Below, piece by piece: positions 1 through 10,140 of a stretch of DNA of 64,000 nucleotides. Location of the stretch: NCBI RefSeq assembly GCF_041886205.1, contig NZ_CP169029.1. One strand, given 5' to 3'. Made by a program: the position numbers and the translations under genes. This stretch comes from Escherichia coli. Lineage in GTDB: Bacteria; Pseudomonadota; Gammaproteobacteria; Enterobacterales; Enterobacteriaceae. Numbering within the stretch: the first letter of the stretch is position 1; the number at the start of each line of letters is the position of its first letter. The notes beneath the pieces were generated by a model. It was not told where the DNA came from. It saw only the letters and a program-made list of their open reading frames with translations, and searched no databases.

Positions 1-113
1 CATGAGCAGAAATGGGCAATGAAACACGGGCGACTATTTTGCGGCAAAAGAGGCCAGCCGCAAAAGCAGTGCGTGCTTTAAGAGATAAAAAAAACGTGAC
101 ACTGTAACCTATT

Positions 114-150
114 ATTGCCGGATTGCGCGTAATCGTCACCATCCGGCAAT
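114..150. repeat. 10-bp perfect inverted repeat (ATTGCCGGAT / ATCCGGCAAT) with 17-nt spacer, downstream of dmsD; possible terminator or REP-like element
   Basis: Arms at 114-123 and 141-150 are exact reverse complements; a T8 run follows on the minus strand about 20 nt further on. Confidence 0.3.
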
Positions 151-162
151 ATTACGGTGATC

Positions 163-777
163 CTATCGAAACAGCGGTTTAACCGCGACAGGAATTAACA
201 GTTGTGATTGCCATTGCGCCAGCGTTAAGCGAGCCAGTTCACCCAGTGCACGGTAGAAAGGGTGTTCTGCTTTTTCGATAAAAACCTCAAGAAAACGTGT
301 TGACCACGGAAAAAGGTGCCATGCCAGCAATTCTTCGCATTCTGTCTGGCGACCATTCTCCGCCAACCACGCAGCCATCAACAGCAGTGAACCAAAATGA
401 TCTTCCGGTTCGTTTTGCTTCATTTCAAACTGAATGCCTTTCTCGCGCATCCACTGACGAAGTGCCAATGTTGAATCGCCAAACAGCACAGATTCGCGAT
501 CCAGCCAGACCGACCCCCACGGCGGAGACGGCAGTGCCCACGGGCCGACAAACAAACGCTGCCAGGCCTGGGCGTGAGTCTCTTCACACTGTGTCTGAAA
601 AGCCGTCACCAGCGGCGCTAATGACGCTTCTGGTAGAGGCCACTGAGTTTCCCAGCCGTCACTGGTGAGTACCGCAACCAGAGGTGCGGCTTCCGCACTC
701 TCTGGAGCGTAATAAAACAGCGCGCCCAACACGCGCGCCGCGACAGAAAAATTATCTTGCTGTGAAAAATGGGTCAT
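163..777 (-). CDS. dmsD: Tat proofreading chaperone DmsD
   Basis: Track ORF 163..786; protein from MTHFSQQDNF... is 204 aa, matching DmsD length and position after ynfH; start placed at the fourth codon. Confidence 0.85.
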   Translation of the reverse strand: MTHFSQQDNFSVAARVLGALFYYAPESAEAAPLVAVLTSDGWETQWPLPEASLAPLVTAFQTQCEETHAQAWQRLFVGPWALPSPPWGSVWLDRESVLFGDSTLALRQWMREKGIQFEMKQNEPEDHFGSLLLMAAWLAENGRQTECEELLAWHLFPWSTRFLEVFIEKAEHPFYRALGELARLTLAQWQSQLLIPVAVKPLFR

Positions 778-819
778 TCCTAACATCCTGAAATGTGCGG
801 GTTGCCCCGCACCAATTTG

Positions 820-1674
820 TTAACCTGCAATAGCCATTCCTACTGTCATGTGCAGGCCATAAAAGAGCACACGCCCGATCATCTCACCGCCAAGTATGAG
901 GATTAGCCCCAGAATAAGTCCGGCAACGTGAGGTTCACGGCGACGAATGAGCGGGCAAAGCCAGCATCCAAGACCTGCGCATAACAATACCACACGCCAG
1001 ACCTGTAAGGAGGCGTAATCTGGTACCAGTGCGCTGGCTTGTTGCACGGATGAGTGAATAGACGCCAGAGACAAACCTTGCAGCACAATCACCCCGGCAC
1101 AAGCGATCAGCGCCAGAACGCTAATGATGGCAAATGGTGTGGTATTAAATGTAACGCGAGCTGCCCGCAGAATTGCGGCAGCAAGTATTGGACCGCTCAA
1201 CAATACCGTCAGGAAGAAAGCCAGCGTAGTGTAACCGTTATGCCAGGTTGGCACGGTGTCGATTTGATACACGCAGGTCATCATCCAGACGAAAATGACG
1301 CCGAGCGCCATGCTGAAAAGTAACCAGAGTTTCCCCAACGCTTGCGGCATTTTACCGATGACTGCCACCAGCCACCATAATCCGCCAACGGCAAAAAATA
1401 TGGAACCGGCAGCAATCTCGTTACTCAGACCAGAAGCTCCGATTCGATTCAGCGAGTTAAACGCCCGCAGTGGCGATCCCAGGTGCATGACAGAGGCAAT
1501 AAACCCGACGCCCATCAACAGCCAGAGGAAAAACATGCCACGGACAATACGCTGACGGTCTGCGTCATTTTTGGCGGCGAACCAGCCAATTCCGCTAACA
1601 ATCAGCGCGCCTACTACGCATTGACCCAATACGGTAAAGATAACCAGTGGCCACTCATGCCATCCATTTCCCAT
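820..1674 (-). CDS. ynfH: DMSO-reductase-type membrane anchor subunit (DmsC family)
   Basis: Multi-TM hydrophobic protein; track ORF runs to 1914 but ATG at 1674 (MGNGWHEWPLV..., 284 aa) sits 2 nt after the ynfG stop; upstream extension would overlap ynfG. Confidence 0.8.
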   Translation of the reverse strand: MGNGWHEWPLVIFTVLGQCVVGALIVSGIGWFAAKNDADRQRIVRGMFFLWLLMGVGFIASVMHLGSPLRAFNSLNRIGASGLSNEIAAGSIFFAVGGLWWLVAVIGKMPQALGKLWLLFSMALGVIFVWMMTCVYQIDTVPTWHNGYTTLAFFLTVLLSGPILAAAILRAARVTFNTTPFAIISVLALIACAGVIVLQGLSLASIHSSVQQASALVPDYASLQVWRVVLLCAGLGCWLCPLIRRREPHVAGLILGLILILGGEMIGRVLFYGLHMTVGMAIAG

Positions 1675-1675
1675 T

Positions 1676-2293
1676 TTACACTTCCTCCGGATTAGCCAGA
1701 TAACCAGTGGTATCGCCGGTCGGGCGGCTGTTGGCGTTAGGTTTGATAACGATATTGGGTTTTGTGAAATGCGCGCGCGGCAGTGGCGCGACGGCAGCAA
1801 GAGTGCCGTGCTTCTGGCGCAGCTCTTCAATTGGACCGAACTCAAGTGCACGCAGCGGGCAGGATTCGACACATATGGGTTGTTTCCCCTCGGCGACGCG
1901 CGAATAACAACCATCGCACTTCGTCATGTGCCCTTTTTCAGCATTGTACTGTGGCGCGCCGTACGGACAAGCCATGTGGCAGTAGCGGCAGCCGATACAA
2001 ACATCTTCATCAACCACCACAAAGCCATCTTCACGCTTATGCATTGCGCCGCTGGGGCAGACTTTTGTACATGCGGGGTCATCGCAATGGTTACAGGAGA
2101 TGGAGAGATAATAAGCGAACACGTTCTGGTGCCAGACGCCATTATCTTCCTGCCAGTCGCCGCCAGCGTATTCATAAATACGGCGGAAACTGACTTCCGG
2201 GCCAAGATCTTTAAAATCTTTGCACGCCAGTTCGCAGGTTTTACAGCCAGTACAGCGGCTGGAATCGATAAAAAATCCATATTGTGTGGTCAT
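1676..2293 (-). CDS. ynfG: 4Fe-4S ferredoxin-type electron-transfer subunit (DmsB family)
   Basis: 205 aa with four Cys-rich Fe-S cluster motifs (CTGCKTCELAC, CNHCDDPAC, CIGCRYCHMAC, CDGC...C). Confidence 0.9.
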   Translation of the reverse strand: MTTQYGFFIDSSRCTGCKTCELACKDFKDLGPEVSFRRIYEYAGGDWQEDNGVWHQNVFAYYLSISCNHCDDPACTKVCPSGAMHKREDGFVVVDEDVCIGCRYCHMACPYGAPQYNAEKGHMTKCDGCYSRVAEGKQPICVESCPLRALEFGPIEELRQKHGTLAAVAPLPRAHFTKPNIVIKPNANSRPTGDTTGYLANPEEV

Positions 2294-2303
2294 GGGCTAC
2301 TCC

Positions 2304-4727
2304 TTAAACCTTTTCGATCTGGACAAGATTGCTGTGCGACGGGTTTCCCTTTGCCAGCGGTGAAGGGCGGTGAGAGGTCAGAATATTGATACTGCCGCCG
2401 TGATCGACCCGGTCACCAAACATATCCGCTTTAAGCCACGCACCTTGCCCGATGGCGGTAACGCCAGGCAGAATACGCGGAGTCACTTTTGCGGCAATCA
2501 GCATTTCTCCATTATTGTTAAATACCCGCACGGTATCGCCATGACGGATACCGCGTGCCTGAGCATCAATGGGGTTGATCCACACCTCTTGTGGGCAGGC
2601 CTGCTGTAACACATCAATATTGCCGTAGCTGGAGTGGGTACGCGCTTTGTAATGGAAGCCCGTTAACTGCAGTGGATAGGTTTTCCGCAGGGGATCGTCC
2701 CAGCCATCAAAACCTGGGGTATACGCAGGAAGGGGATGAATAATTTCATCTTTTTTCAATTCCCAGGTATCTGCAATCTTCGCCAGTCGTTCAGAATAAA
2801 TTTCGATTTTCCCCGAAGGTGTTTTCAACGGGTTTGCCTGTGGATCTTCACGGAATGCGCGGAAAGCGACGTAGTGTTCTTCCGGGCATTTTTTCTTAAA
2901 GATCCCGGTCGTTTTCATCTCCTCGTAGTCGGGCATCTCAGGGTTACGTTCCTTCGTTTTCGCATGGAGATATTTGATCCATTCATGCTGACTGCGACCT
3001 TCAGTAAAGGTTTGATAAACGTCTGGTCCTAAGCGTTTGGCGACTTCACTCAGCATCCAGTAGATGGGTTTGCGTTCAAATTTTGCTGAGGTTGCGGGTT
3101 GGGCGAGGATCACATAGCCCATATTCCCTGCAGATTCATGAGAGATAAGGTCTTCTTGCTCTGTTGGCATCAGGTCGGGCAACAGGATATCGCAATACTT
3201 AGCCGAGGCCGTCATGAAGTGGTCAATGCCAACAATCATCTCGCACTTGCTGTCATCCTGAAGCACCTCATGGGTGTGATTGATGTCGCCATGTTGATTG
3301 ATCAATGTGTTACTGGCGTAGCACCATAAAAACTTGATGGGGACATCCAGTTTTTCTTTTCCACGAACACCATCACGGGTCGCGGTCATTTCCGTACCAT
3401 GGTCGATGGCATCTGTCCATGTAAAGACGGAAATCTGCGTTTTAACAGGATTCTCGAGCATCGGGAACCATTCTACCCCCAGATCCCAGCTACCTTCGCG
3501 TACGCCTGAGTTGCCGCCGTTTATGCCGACGTTGCCGGTGAGAACGGAAAGCATGGCAATAGCGCGGGATGTTTGCTCGCCGTTGGAATGTCGTTGTGGC
3601 CCCCAACCCTGACAAATATAAGCAGGTTTTGCTGAACCGATCTCTCGTGCCAACTGGATAATTTTTTCTGCCGGGATGCTGGTGATTTTTGCTGCCCATT
3701 CCGGCGTTTTAGCTATGCCGTCAGGCCCTTCGCCCAGAATATAGGCTTTATAATGCGCGTTACGTGGTGCGTTGGCGGGCAGCGTTTTTTCATCGTAACC
3801 AACACAATATTTGTCGAGAAATGGCTGATCGACCATGTTTTCAGTAATCAGTACCCAGGCAATCGCACAGGCCAGTGCGCCATCGGTGCCAGGGCGAATG
3901 GGCAGCCATTCATCTTCACGCCCGGCAGCAGTGTCGTTATAACGTGGATCGATGACGATCATGCGTGCGTTTGAACGTTCGCGGGCTTGCTCGACGTAGT
4001 AAGTGACACCACCGCCGCTCATCCGCGTTTCTGCCGGGTTATTTCCGAACATAACGACCAGTTTCGTATTGGCGATATCATCCGGGCTGTTGCCATCATT
4101 GGCACCGAACATATAACTCATTGCGGCACTGATCTGTGCGGTACTGTAGCTGCCATAGCGACTGAGAAAACCACCGCAAGAGTTCATCAGACGGTACGGG
4201 ACGTTTGAGTTGGTGATGTTTCCGCCATCTACACCTGTTCCGTACAGGACATGTACAGCCTCATTGCCGTAATCTTTTAGGATCCGCCGAAGATTATCAC
4301 TGATGGTATCCAGGGCTTCGTCCCAACTTATCCGTTCAAATTTACCTTCACCGCGCTTGCCGACGCGCTTCATGGGATATTTCAACCTATCAGGATGATT
4401 CATCCGTCGGCGGATAGAGCGCCCGCGTAAACACGCGCGAACCTGATGATTACCGTAGACGTCGTCACCTGTCGTATCAGACTCCACCCAGTACACGGTG
4501 TCATCTTTCACATGCAAACGTAACAGACAGCGGCTCCCGCAGTTAACGGTGCAGGAACTCCAGACCGCTTTCTCTTCTACCGGAACCTCTGCCGCCCGAA
4601 CCATTTGGGAAAATGGCAGAGTGAAAGCACTGCTTGCCAGCGCGAGACTGCCAAGTGCGGAGGTTTTCATCAGACTTCTACGGCTGATTTCAGCCTTCAT
4701 GAGCGCCTCTGTGGTATGGATTTTCAT
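2304..4727 (-). CDS. ynfF: Tat-exported molybdopterin oxidoreductase catalytic subunit (DmsA paralogue)
   Basis: 807 aa; twin-arginine signal SRRSLMK; N-terminal Cys cluster CTVNCGSRC; large MopB-type protein. Confidence 0.9.
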   Translation of the reverse strand: MKIHTTEALMKAEISRRSLMKTSALGSLALASSAFTLPFSQMVRAAEVPVEEKAVWSSCTVNCGSRCLLRLHVKDDTVYWVESDTTGDDVYGNHQVRACLRGRSIRRRMNHPDRLKYPMKRVGKRGEGKFERISWDEALDTISDNLRRILKDYGNEAVHVLYGTGVDGGNITNSNVPYRLMNSCGGFLSRYGSYSTAQISAAMSYMFGANDGNSPDDIANTKLVVMFGNNPAETRMSGGGVTYYVEQARERSNARMIVIDPRYNDTAAGREDEWLPIRPGTDGALACAIAWVLITENMVDQPFLDKYCVGYDEKTLPANAPRNAHYKAYILGEGPDGIAKTPEWAAKITSIPAEKIIQLAREIGSAKPAYICQGWGPQRHSNGEQTSRAIAMLSVLTGNVGINGGNSGVREGSWDLGVEWFPMLENPVKTQISVFTWTDAIDHGTEMTATRDGVRGKEKLDVPIKFLWCYASNTLINQHGDINHTHEVLQDDSKCEMIVGIDHFMTASAKYCDILLPDLMPTEQEDLISHESAGNMGYVILAQPATSAKFERKPIYWMLSEVAKRLGPDVYQTFTEGRSQHEWIKYLHAKTKERNPEMPDYEEMKTTGIFKKKCPEEHYVAFRAFREDPQANPLKTPSGKIEIYSERLAKIADTWELKKDEIIHPLPAYTPGFDGWDDPLRKTYPLQLTGFHYKARTHSSYGNIDVLQQACPQEVWINPIDAQARGIRHGDTVRVFNNNGEMLIAAKVTPRILPGVTAIGQGAWLKADMFGDRVDHGGSINILTSHRPSPLAKGNPSHSNLVQIEKV

Positions 4728-4787
4728 CATTACTCACTTATTGCTTTTCAAACAAAATGTCATGCCAGAATTTATGGTTGTAGTGGG

Positions 4788-7214
4788 TTATATTTTTTCG
4801 ATCTCGACCAGATTAGTGTGCTGCGGGTTTCCCTTCGCCAGTGGTGAAGGGCGCAGAGTGGTTAGCGTATTCACACAGCCGCCATGGTCGATTTTATCGC
4901 CAGACATATTGGCCTCGTGCCAGGCTCCCTGGCCCATAGCGCTAACTCCAGGGAGAATACGTGGTGTCACTTTGGCTGGTAGCCGAACTTCGCCACGATG
5001 GTTAAACACCCGCACCATATCGCCGTTGGCAATCCCACGTTTCTGCGCATCTATAGGGTTGATCCACACCTCCTGACGGCAGGCTGCTTTCAGGACATCA
5101 ATGTTGCCGTAGGTCGAGTGAGTACGGGATTTGTAATGGAAACCAAACAGTTGCAGTGGGAAGGTTCTACGTTCAGGGGAGTCCCAGCCTTCAAAGGTAG
5201 AGGCATAAACTGGCAGTGGGCTTATCACTTCATCTTTTTCCAGTTCCCAGGTACGGGCAATTTCCGCCAGCTTGCTGGAATAAATTTCAATCTTACCGGA
5301 AGGTGTTTTAAGTGGATTTGCCTCGGGGTCGTCACGAAATGCTTTGTAGGCGACAAAATGACCATTGGGATCTTTACGCTTATAGATACCCATTTTTTTC
5401 AGTTCGTCGTAAGACGGTAACGCCGGATCTTTGGCAAGCATTTTGGCGTACAGATGTTGTAACCATTGTTCCTGCGTGCGACCTTCAGTGAACTTTTGAT
5501 AGACGTCAGGTCCAAGACGTTTCGCGACTTCACTCAGGATCCAGTAAATCGGTTTGCGTTCGAATTTTTCGCTGGTGACAGGCTGGAGGAAAATGAGATA
5601 TCCCATGTTACCGGCGTAGTCGTTAGGAATAATATCTTCCTGCTCAACGGTCATCAGGTCTGGCAGCAGAATGTCGGCATATTTTGCCGATGAGGTCATA
5701 AAGTTTTCGATGACCACAATCATTTCGCATTTCGATTCGTCCTGCAGAATTTCATGCGTTTTGTTGATGTCAGAATGCTGATTAACGAGGGTATTTCCCG
5801 CGTAGTTCCAGATGAACTTAATGGGCACATCCAGTTTATCTTTGCCCCGGACGCCGTCGCGGATTGCCGTCATTTTGGGGCCATGATCGATAGCATCTGT
5901 CCAGCTGAAGCAGGAAATTGACGTTTTGACCGGATTATCCAGCACCGGCAGGCGCTCTATGGTAATGGTATAGGTCGATTCACGCGCGCCACTATTTCCG
6001 CCGCTGATGCCGACATTGCCCGTCAAAATAGGTAACATAGCAATAGCGCGTGCAGTCAGTTCGCCGTTTGCCTGGCGTTGTGGCCCCCAGCCCTGGCAGA
6101 TATAAGCGGGTTTTGCTGTGCCAATTTCACGCGCCAGTTTGATGATACGGTCCTCCGGGATACCGGTAATTTGCGAAGCCCACTGCGGCGTTTTCGCTGT
6201 TTTATCGTCACCTTCACCAAGAATATAGGCTTTATAGTGACCATTTTTGGGTGCATCTGCGGGTAAGGTTTTTTCGTCATAGCCGACGCAGTATTTATCG
6301 AGAAAAGGTTGATCAACGAGATTTTCGTTAATCAATACCCAGGCAATACCCGCAACCAGCGCGGCATCGGTGCCCGGGCGAATAGGGAGCCATTCGTCTT
6401 CACGACCGGCAGCCGTATCGGTATATCGCGGATCGATAACAATCATTTTGGCGTTCGATTTCTCGCGCGCTTTTTCAAGAAGATAAGTGATGCCACCACC
6501 GCTCATGCGGGTTTCTGCCGGGTTGTTACCAAACATCACGACCAGCTTGCTGTTTTCAATATCCGTGGTGCTGTTGCCATCATTACTGCCGTAGGTGTAG
6601 GGCATGGCACAGGAAATTTGCGCAGTGCTGTAGGAGCCATACTGGTTGAGTGAACCGCCGTAGCAGTTCATCAGGCGTTTGACCGCCGAGGCTGATGGCG
6701 AAGAGCGGGTCATATTGCCGCCAACGATCCCCGAAGAGTACTGAATATATACAGCCTCATTGCCATATTGTTCGACGGTTTTCTTCAGGCTACTGGCGAT
6801 AGTATCCAGGGCTTCATCCCAGCTAATCCGTTCGAATTTGCCTTCGCCGCGTTTGCCCACGCGTTTCATTGGGTAATTCAAGCGATCGGGATGATTAATA
6901 CGCCGGCGGATGGAGCGACCGCGCAAACAGGCGCGTACCTGATGGTTGCCGTACTCATCGCTGCCGGTATTGTCAGTTTCCACCCAGGTCACTTCATTAT
7001 CTTTAACATGTAGACGAAGTGCACAGCGGCTACCACAGTTGACGGAACAGGCACCCCAGACCACTTTTTCGCGGGCCTGTTGTACCGATGCTGCTGCATT
7101 GCGCAGGGTAAACGGCAAAGAAAAACCGCCTGCAGCCAGCGCCAGAGAACCTATCGCGGTAGATTTAACGAGTGTTCTGCGGCTGATGCCCACCATTCGT
7201 TCATTTTTGGACAT
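4788..7214 (-). CDS. ynfE: Tat-exported molybdopterin oxidoreductase catalytic subunit (DmsA paralogue)
   Basis: 808 aa; twin-arginine signal SRRTLVK; CSVNCGSRC motif; colinear paralogue of ynfF directly upstream in the same operon. Confidence 0.9.
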   Translation of the reverse strand: MSKNERMVGISRRTLVKSTAIGSLALAAGGFSLPFTLRNAAASVQQAREKVVWGACSVNCGSRCALRLHVKDNEVTWVETDNTGSDEYGNHQVRACLRGRSIRRRINHPDRLNYPMKRVGKRGEGKFERISWDEALDTIASSLKKTVEQYGNEAVYIQYSSGIVGGNMTRSSPSASAVKRLMNCYGGSLNQYGSYSTAQISCAMPYTYGSNDGNSTTDIENSKLVVMFGNNPAETRMSGGGITYLLEKAREKSNAKMIVIDPRYTDTAAGREDEWLPIRPGTDAALVAGIAWVLINENLVDQPFLDKYCVGYDEKTLPADAPKNGHYKAYILGEGDDKTAKTPQWASQITGIPEDRIIKLAREIGTAKPAYICQGWGPQRQANGELTARAIAMLPILTGNVGISGGNSGARESTYTITIERLPVLDNPVKTSISCFSWTDAIDHGPKMTAIRDGVRGKDKLDVPIKFIWNYAGNTLVNQHSDINKTHEILQDESKCEMIVVIENFMTSSAKYADILLPDLMTVEQEDIIPNDYAGNMGYLIFLQPVTSEKFERKPIYWILSEVAKRLGPDVYQKFTEGRTQEQWLQHLYAKMLAKDPALPSYDELKKMGIYKRKDPNGHFVAYKAFRDDPEANPLKTPSGKIEIYSSKLAEIARTWELEKDEVISPLPVYASTFEGWDSPERRTFPLQLFGFHYKSRTHSTYGNIDVLKAACRQEVWINPIDAQKRGIANGDMVRVFNHRGEVRLPAKVTPRILPGVSAMGQGAWHEANMSGDKIDHGGCVNTLTTLRPSPLAKGNPQHTNLVEIEKI

Positions 7215-7313
7215 AACTCACTCCCTGTTCTTTATCGTTATATAAAAGTTTATATATTGAATATTTAGCGCGCTAACAATAGAGGGAGTCTACCCATTTT
7301 GGGTTAAGAATTA

Positions 7314-7327
7314 TTAATCCATATCAA
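7314..7327 (-). promoter_or_regulatory. candidate FNR site (TTGAT-N4-ATTAA on operon strand) about 105 bp upstream of ynfE
   Basis: Near-consensus FNR half-sites at the right distance for an anaerobic operon; only one half-site is perfect. Confidence 0.3.
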
Positions 7328-7412
7328 TAGAAGGGTATGAGTAATAAGGTGGGATTATGTTGTATGTTCAAATCGCCGGATTTGTCATATCCGGCGTTCA
7401 GTCGATAATGTG

Positions 7413-7718
7413 TTACTGCGGTTCGGCAGGCGCGCCATCCTGGCTAGACTGCGCGGGAGCAGAGACGTTACCGCTGGTGGTGCGGGTATAGAGAATTTTA
7501 TGCGTATCATTAGCGCAATGGCCGACGACCTGGGAATCAGGCTGATCAACCTGGTCATTGGGTACAATACTTAACGTGAAGCTGCTTTCGGGTACGCCAT
7601 TATTGATAATGCGCTGTGATATATCGCTCTGTATGCGCTCACAGGATCCCGGCGCGGCGAGTACCGCGGGTGAGGCGAGGGCGAGCAGAAGCGCGGCACA
7701 GCAGGTTGAGAGTTTCAT
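7413..7718 (-). CDS. ynfD: small secreted protein YnfD
   Basis: Track ORF 115 aa; start placed at MKLSTCCAALLLALASPAVLAAP (signal peptide), giving 101 aa. Confidence 0.7.
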   Translation of the reverse strand: MKLSTCCAALLLALASPAVLAAPGSCERIQSDISQRIINNGVPESSFTLSIVPNDQVDQPDSQVVGHCANDTHKILYTRTTSGNVSAPAQSSQDGAPAEPQ

Positions 7719-7825
7719 CATAAGCTCCTTACGCGAAGATAACTTCTTTAAGCATAGCATTTAACGTGTAAAGTACTGTATTTGCTACTATGATTGAGAA
7801 TCATCTCTACTCTCTGGTGACTGTT

Positions 7826-8536
7826 GTGAAATACAAATTACTACCATGCTTACTCGCGATATTCCTCACAGGATGTGACCGCACAGAGGTAACACTTTCA
7901 TTTACCCCTGAGATGGCCAGTTTCTCTAATGAATTCGATTTTGATCCGCTGCGTGGTCCGGTAAAAGATTTCACTCAGACATTAATGGATGAGCAAGGTG
8001 AAGTGACGAAACGTGTTTCTGGGACTTTGTCGGAAGAAGGCTGTTTTGATTCACTCGAATTACTGGATCTGGAAAATAATACCGTGGTCGCTCTGGTACT
8101 GGACGCCAATTATTACCGTGATGCCGAGACGCTGGAGAAGAGAGTACGTTTACAGGGAAAATGCCAGCTAGCAGAATTACCTTCTGCCGGGGTGAGTTGG
8201 GAAACCGATGATAATGGCTTCGTGATTAAAGCCAGCAGCAAACAAATGCAGATGGAATATCGCTATGATGATCAGGGTTATCCGCTGGGTAAAACCACGA
8301 AAAGTAACGACAAAACATTATCTGTCAGCGCCACGCCATCAACGGATCCGATCAAAAAATTAGATTACACAGCGGTTACTTTACTGAATAATCAACGGGT
8401 TGGTAATGTAAAACAGAGCTGTGAATATGACAGTCACGCTAATCCGGTGGACTGTCAGCTAATCATTGTTGATGAAGGAGTAAAACCCGCCGTCGAACGG
8501 GTTTACACCATCAAAAATACGATCGATTATTATTAA
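7826..8536 (+). CDS. ynfC: lipoprotein YnfC
   Basis: Lipobox LTGC near N-terminus; GTG at 7826 gives 236 aa; the ATG at 7790 is an alternative start. Confidence 0.7.
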   Translation: MKYKLLPCLLAIFLTGCDRTEVTLSFTPEMASFSNEFDFDPLRGPVKDFTQTLMDEQGEVTKRVSGTLSEEGCFDSLELLDLENNTVVALVLDANYYRDAETLEKRVRLQGKCQLAELPSAGVSWETDDNGFVIKASSKQMQMEYRYDDQGYPLGKTTKSNDKTLSVSATPSTDPIKKLDYTAVTLLNNQRVGNVKQSCEYDSHANPVDCQLIIVDEGVKPAVERVYTIKNTIDYY

Positions 8537-8538
8537 TG

Positions 8539-9099
8539 CTATTGTGCGGTCGGCTTCAGGAGAGTCTGACCCGGTGTTTTGTGCTCTGCCAGATACTGAT
8601 GCTGGAATATACACATGCGAATGGCATTACGATATTGACCATTAATAAAGAACTCGTGCATCAATTCACCTTCAACCGAAAAGCCAAGCTTGCGGTAAAT
8701 GTGAATCGCTTTTTCATTCTCTTTATCAACGATCAGATACAGCTTATAGAGATTGAGAACGGTGAAGCCATAGTCCATTGCTAATTTGGCGGCACGGGTT
8801 GCCAGACCTTTCCCCTGATACTCCGGGGAGATAATTATCTGAAATTCTGCGCGGCGATGAACATGGTTAATTTCCACCAGCTCCACCAGACCGGCTTTTT
8901 CGCCGTCACATTCCACCACAAAGCGCCGTTCGCTCTGATCGTGAATATGCTTATCATACAGATCAGAGAGTTCAACAAAGGCTTCGTAGGGTTCCTCAAA
9001 CCAGTAACGCATCACACTGGCGTTATTGTCGAGTTGATGTACATAGCGTAAATCTTCACGCTCCAGCGGGCGTAGCTTAACACTGTGGGCGCTTGGCAT
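8539..9099 (-). CDS. speG: spermidine N1-acetyltransferase
   Basis: 186 aa GNAT-family protein ([26 protein letters not shown]...), recognised as SpeG. Confidence 0.9.
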   Translation of the reverse strand: MPSAHSVKLRPLEREDLRYVHQLDNNASVMRYWFEEPYEAFVELSDLYDKHIHDQSERRFVVECDGEKAGLVELVEINHVHRRAEFQIIISPEYQGKGLATRAAKLAMDYGFTVLNLYKLYLIVDKENEKAIHIYRKLGFSVEGELMHEFFINGQYRNAIRMCIFQHQYLAEHKTPGQTLLKPTAQ

Positions 9100-9133
9100 A
9101 ACGTGTCCTTACATTCCTTAAATCAATAACAGG

Positions 9134-9475
9134 TTAGGGGGTAATAACGCGGCCAGTTCGACGGTCCAGGCAGCGCAAAGTATTTGGCTCCCAGTAGGCA
9201 TTGATGTTGGCGCTTTGCTCGCATTTATCGCGGTTATCAAAAGCGGCGTCGGCTTTATCCCACTCTTTTTCAGTGCGTTTATTCACTTTCTGGCGCAGAT
9301 TGCGCGTGTCATTCCATTGCTCTTTTTCCATAGCGGCGTGCTGGCGACTTTGTGCACTGTCGCCAGACTCAATCACCAGTTTGTTAGTTTCGGCATGAAC
9401 AGTTGTGCTCAATGCCAGTGCGCAAGGCAGCAGAAAAGCGAGCAGGCCGATTCGTTTGCTGAGAGTGATTTTCAT
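9134..9475 (-). CDS. ynfB: secreted/membrane protein YnfB
   Basis: 113 aa with N-terminal signal peptide; position between speG and ynfA. Confidence 0.7.
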
Positions 9476-9609
9476 AATTCATTCCCTGTATGAATGATTA
9501 AAGGTGATTCTACACCATCCACTGCGAACGCAAAACGTACCAGGTGGGTGTTTATATTGATGATATTATGTCGCCCTATAACTATACATGATGTCAATAA
9601 GTGACAAAG

Positions 9610-9936
9610 ATGATTAAAACAACGTTACTATTTTTTGCTACTGCGCTGTGTGAAATTATTGGATGCTTTCTGCCCTGGTTGTGGTTAAAACGAAACGCCA
9701 GTATCTGGCTGTTGCTTCCGGCGGGGATTTCACTGGCGCTGTTTGTCTGGTTGTTAACGTTGCATCCAGCGGCGAGTGGGCGTGTTTACGCGGCTTATGG
9801 TGGCGTTTATGTCTGCACGGCGTTGATGTGGCTGCGCGTTGTGGATGGCGTGAAACTGACTCTTTATGACTGGACGGGTGCGTTGATTGCGCTTTGCGGC
9901 ATGTTGATCATTGTTGCGGGCTGGGGGCGCACGTAG
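9610..9936 (+). CDS. ynfA: small inner-membrane protein YnfA
   Basis: 108 aa from MIKTTLLFF...; four predicted TM segments. Confidence 0.75.
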
Positions 9937-10043
9937 GAACATAAATCCATTTTATCAATAAGATAAGAGGAAGTGTCAGCTGACAAAAGGTATTCTATTT
10001 CATCTTTTGTCAACCATTCACAGCGCAAATATACGCTTTTTTT

Positions 10044-10051
10044 GTGATCAC
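10044..10051. promoter_or_regulatory. palindrome GTGATCAC about 90 bp upstream of rspA; candidate GntR-family (YdfH) operator
   Basis: Perfect 8-bp palindrome of GT-N4-AC type in the rspA promoter region; the GntR-family gene ydfH lies nearby. Confidence 0.25.
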
Positions 10052-10140
10052 TCCGGCTTTTTTCAATCTTCATACTTGTATGGTAGTAGCTCAGATGCGT
10101 AGATTTCATGCATCACGACAAGCGATGCAAGGAATCGAAC

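Noticed and set aside
820-1914. N-terminal extensions in the ORF track (ynfH 364 aa, rspA 415 aa, dcp 703 aa, marA 144 aa, yneE 321 aa, eamA 306 aa and others)
   Set aside because: The extensions overlap upstream genes or regulatory sites and start at alternative codons; internal starts give the lengths expected for each family and sit next to RBS-like sequences.
297-2389. Plus-strand ORFs antisense to dmsD, ynfH and ynfG (297..668, 1054..1323, 1769..2389 and others)
   Set aside because: Fully contained in well-supported minus-strand genes of an operon; no independent start signals; typical antisense artefacts in high-GC coding DNA.
2370-7245. Numerous 60-140-aa ORFs on the plus strand across ynfF and ynfE
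   Set aside because: Antisense to two 808-aa genes with clear molybdoenzyme features; none has an RBS or recognisable domain.
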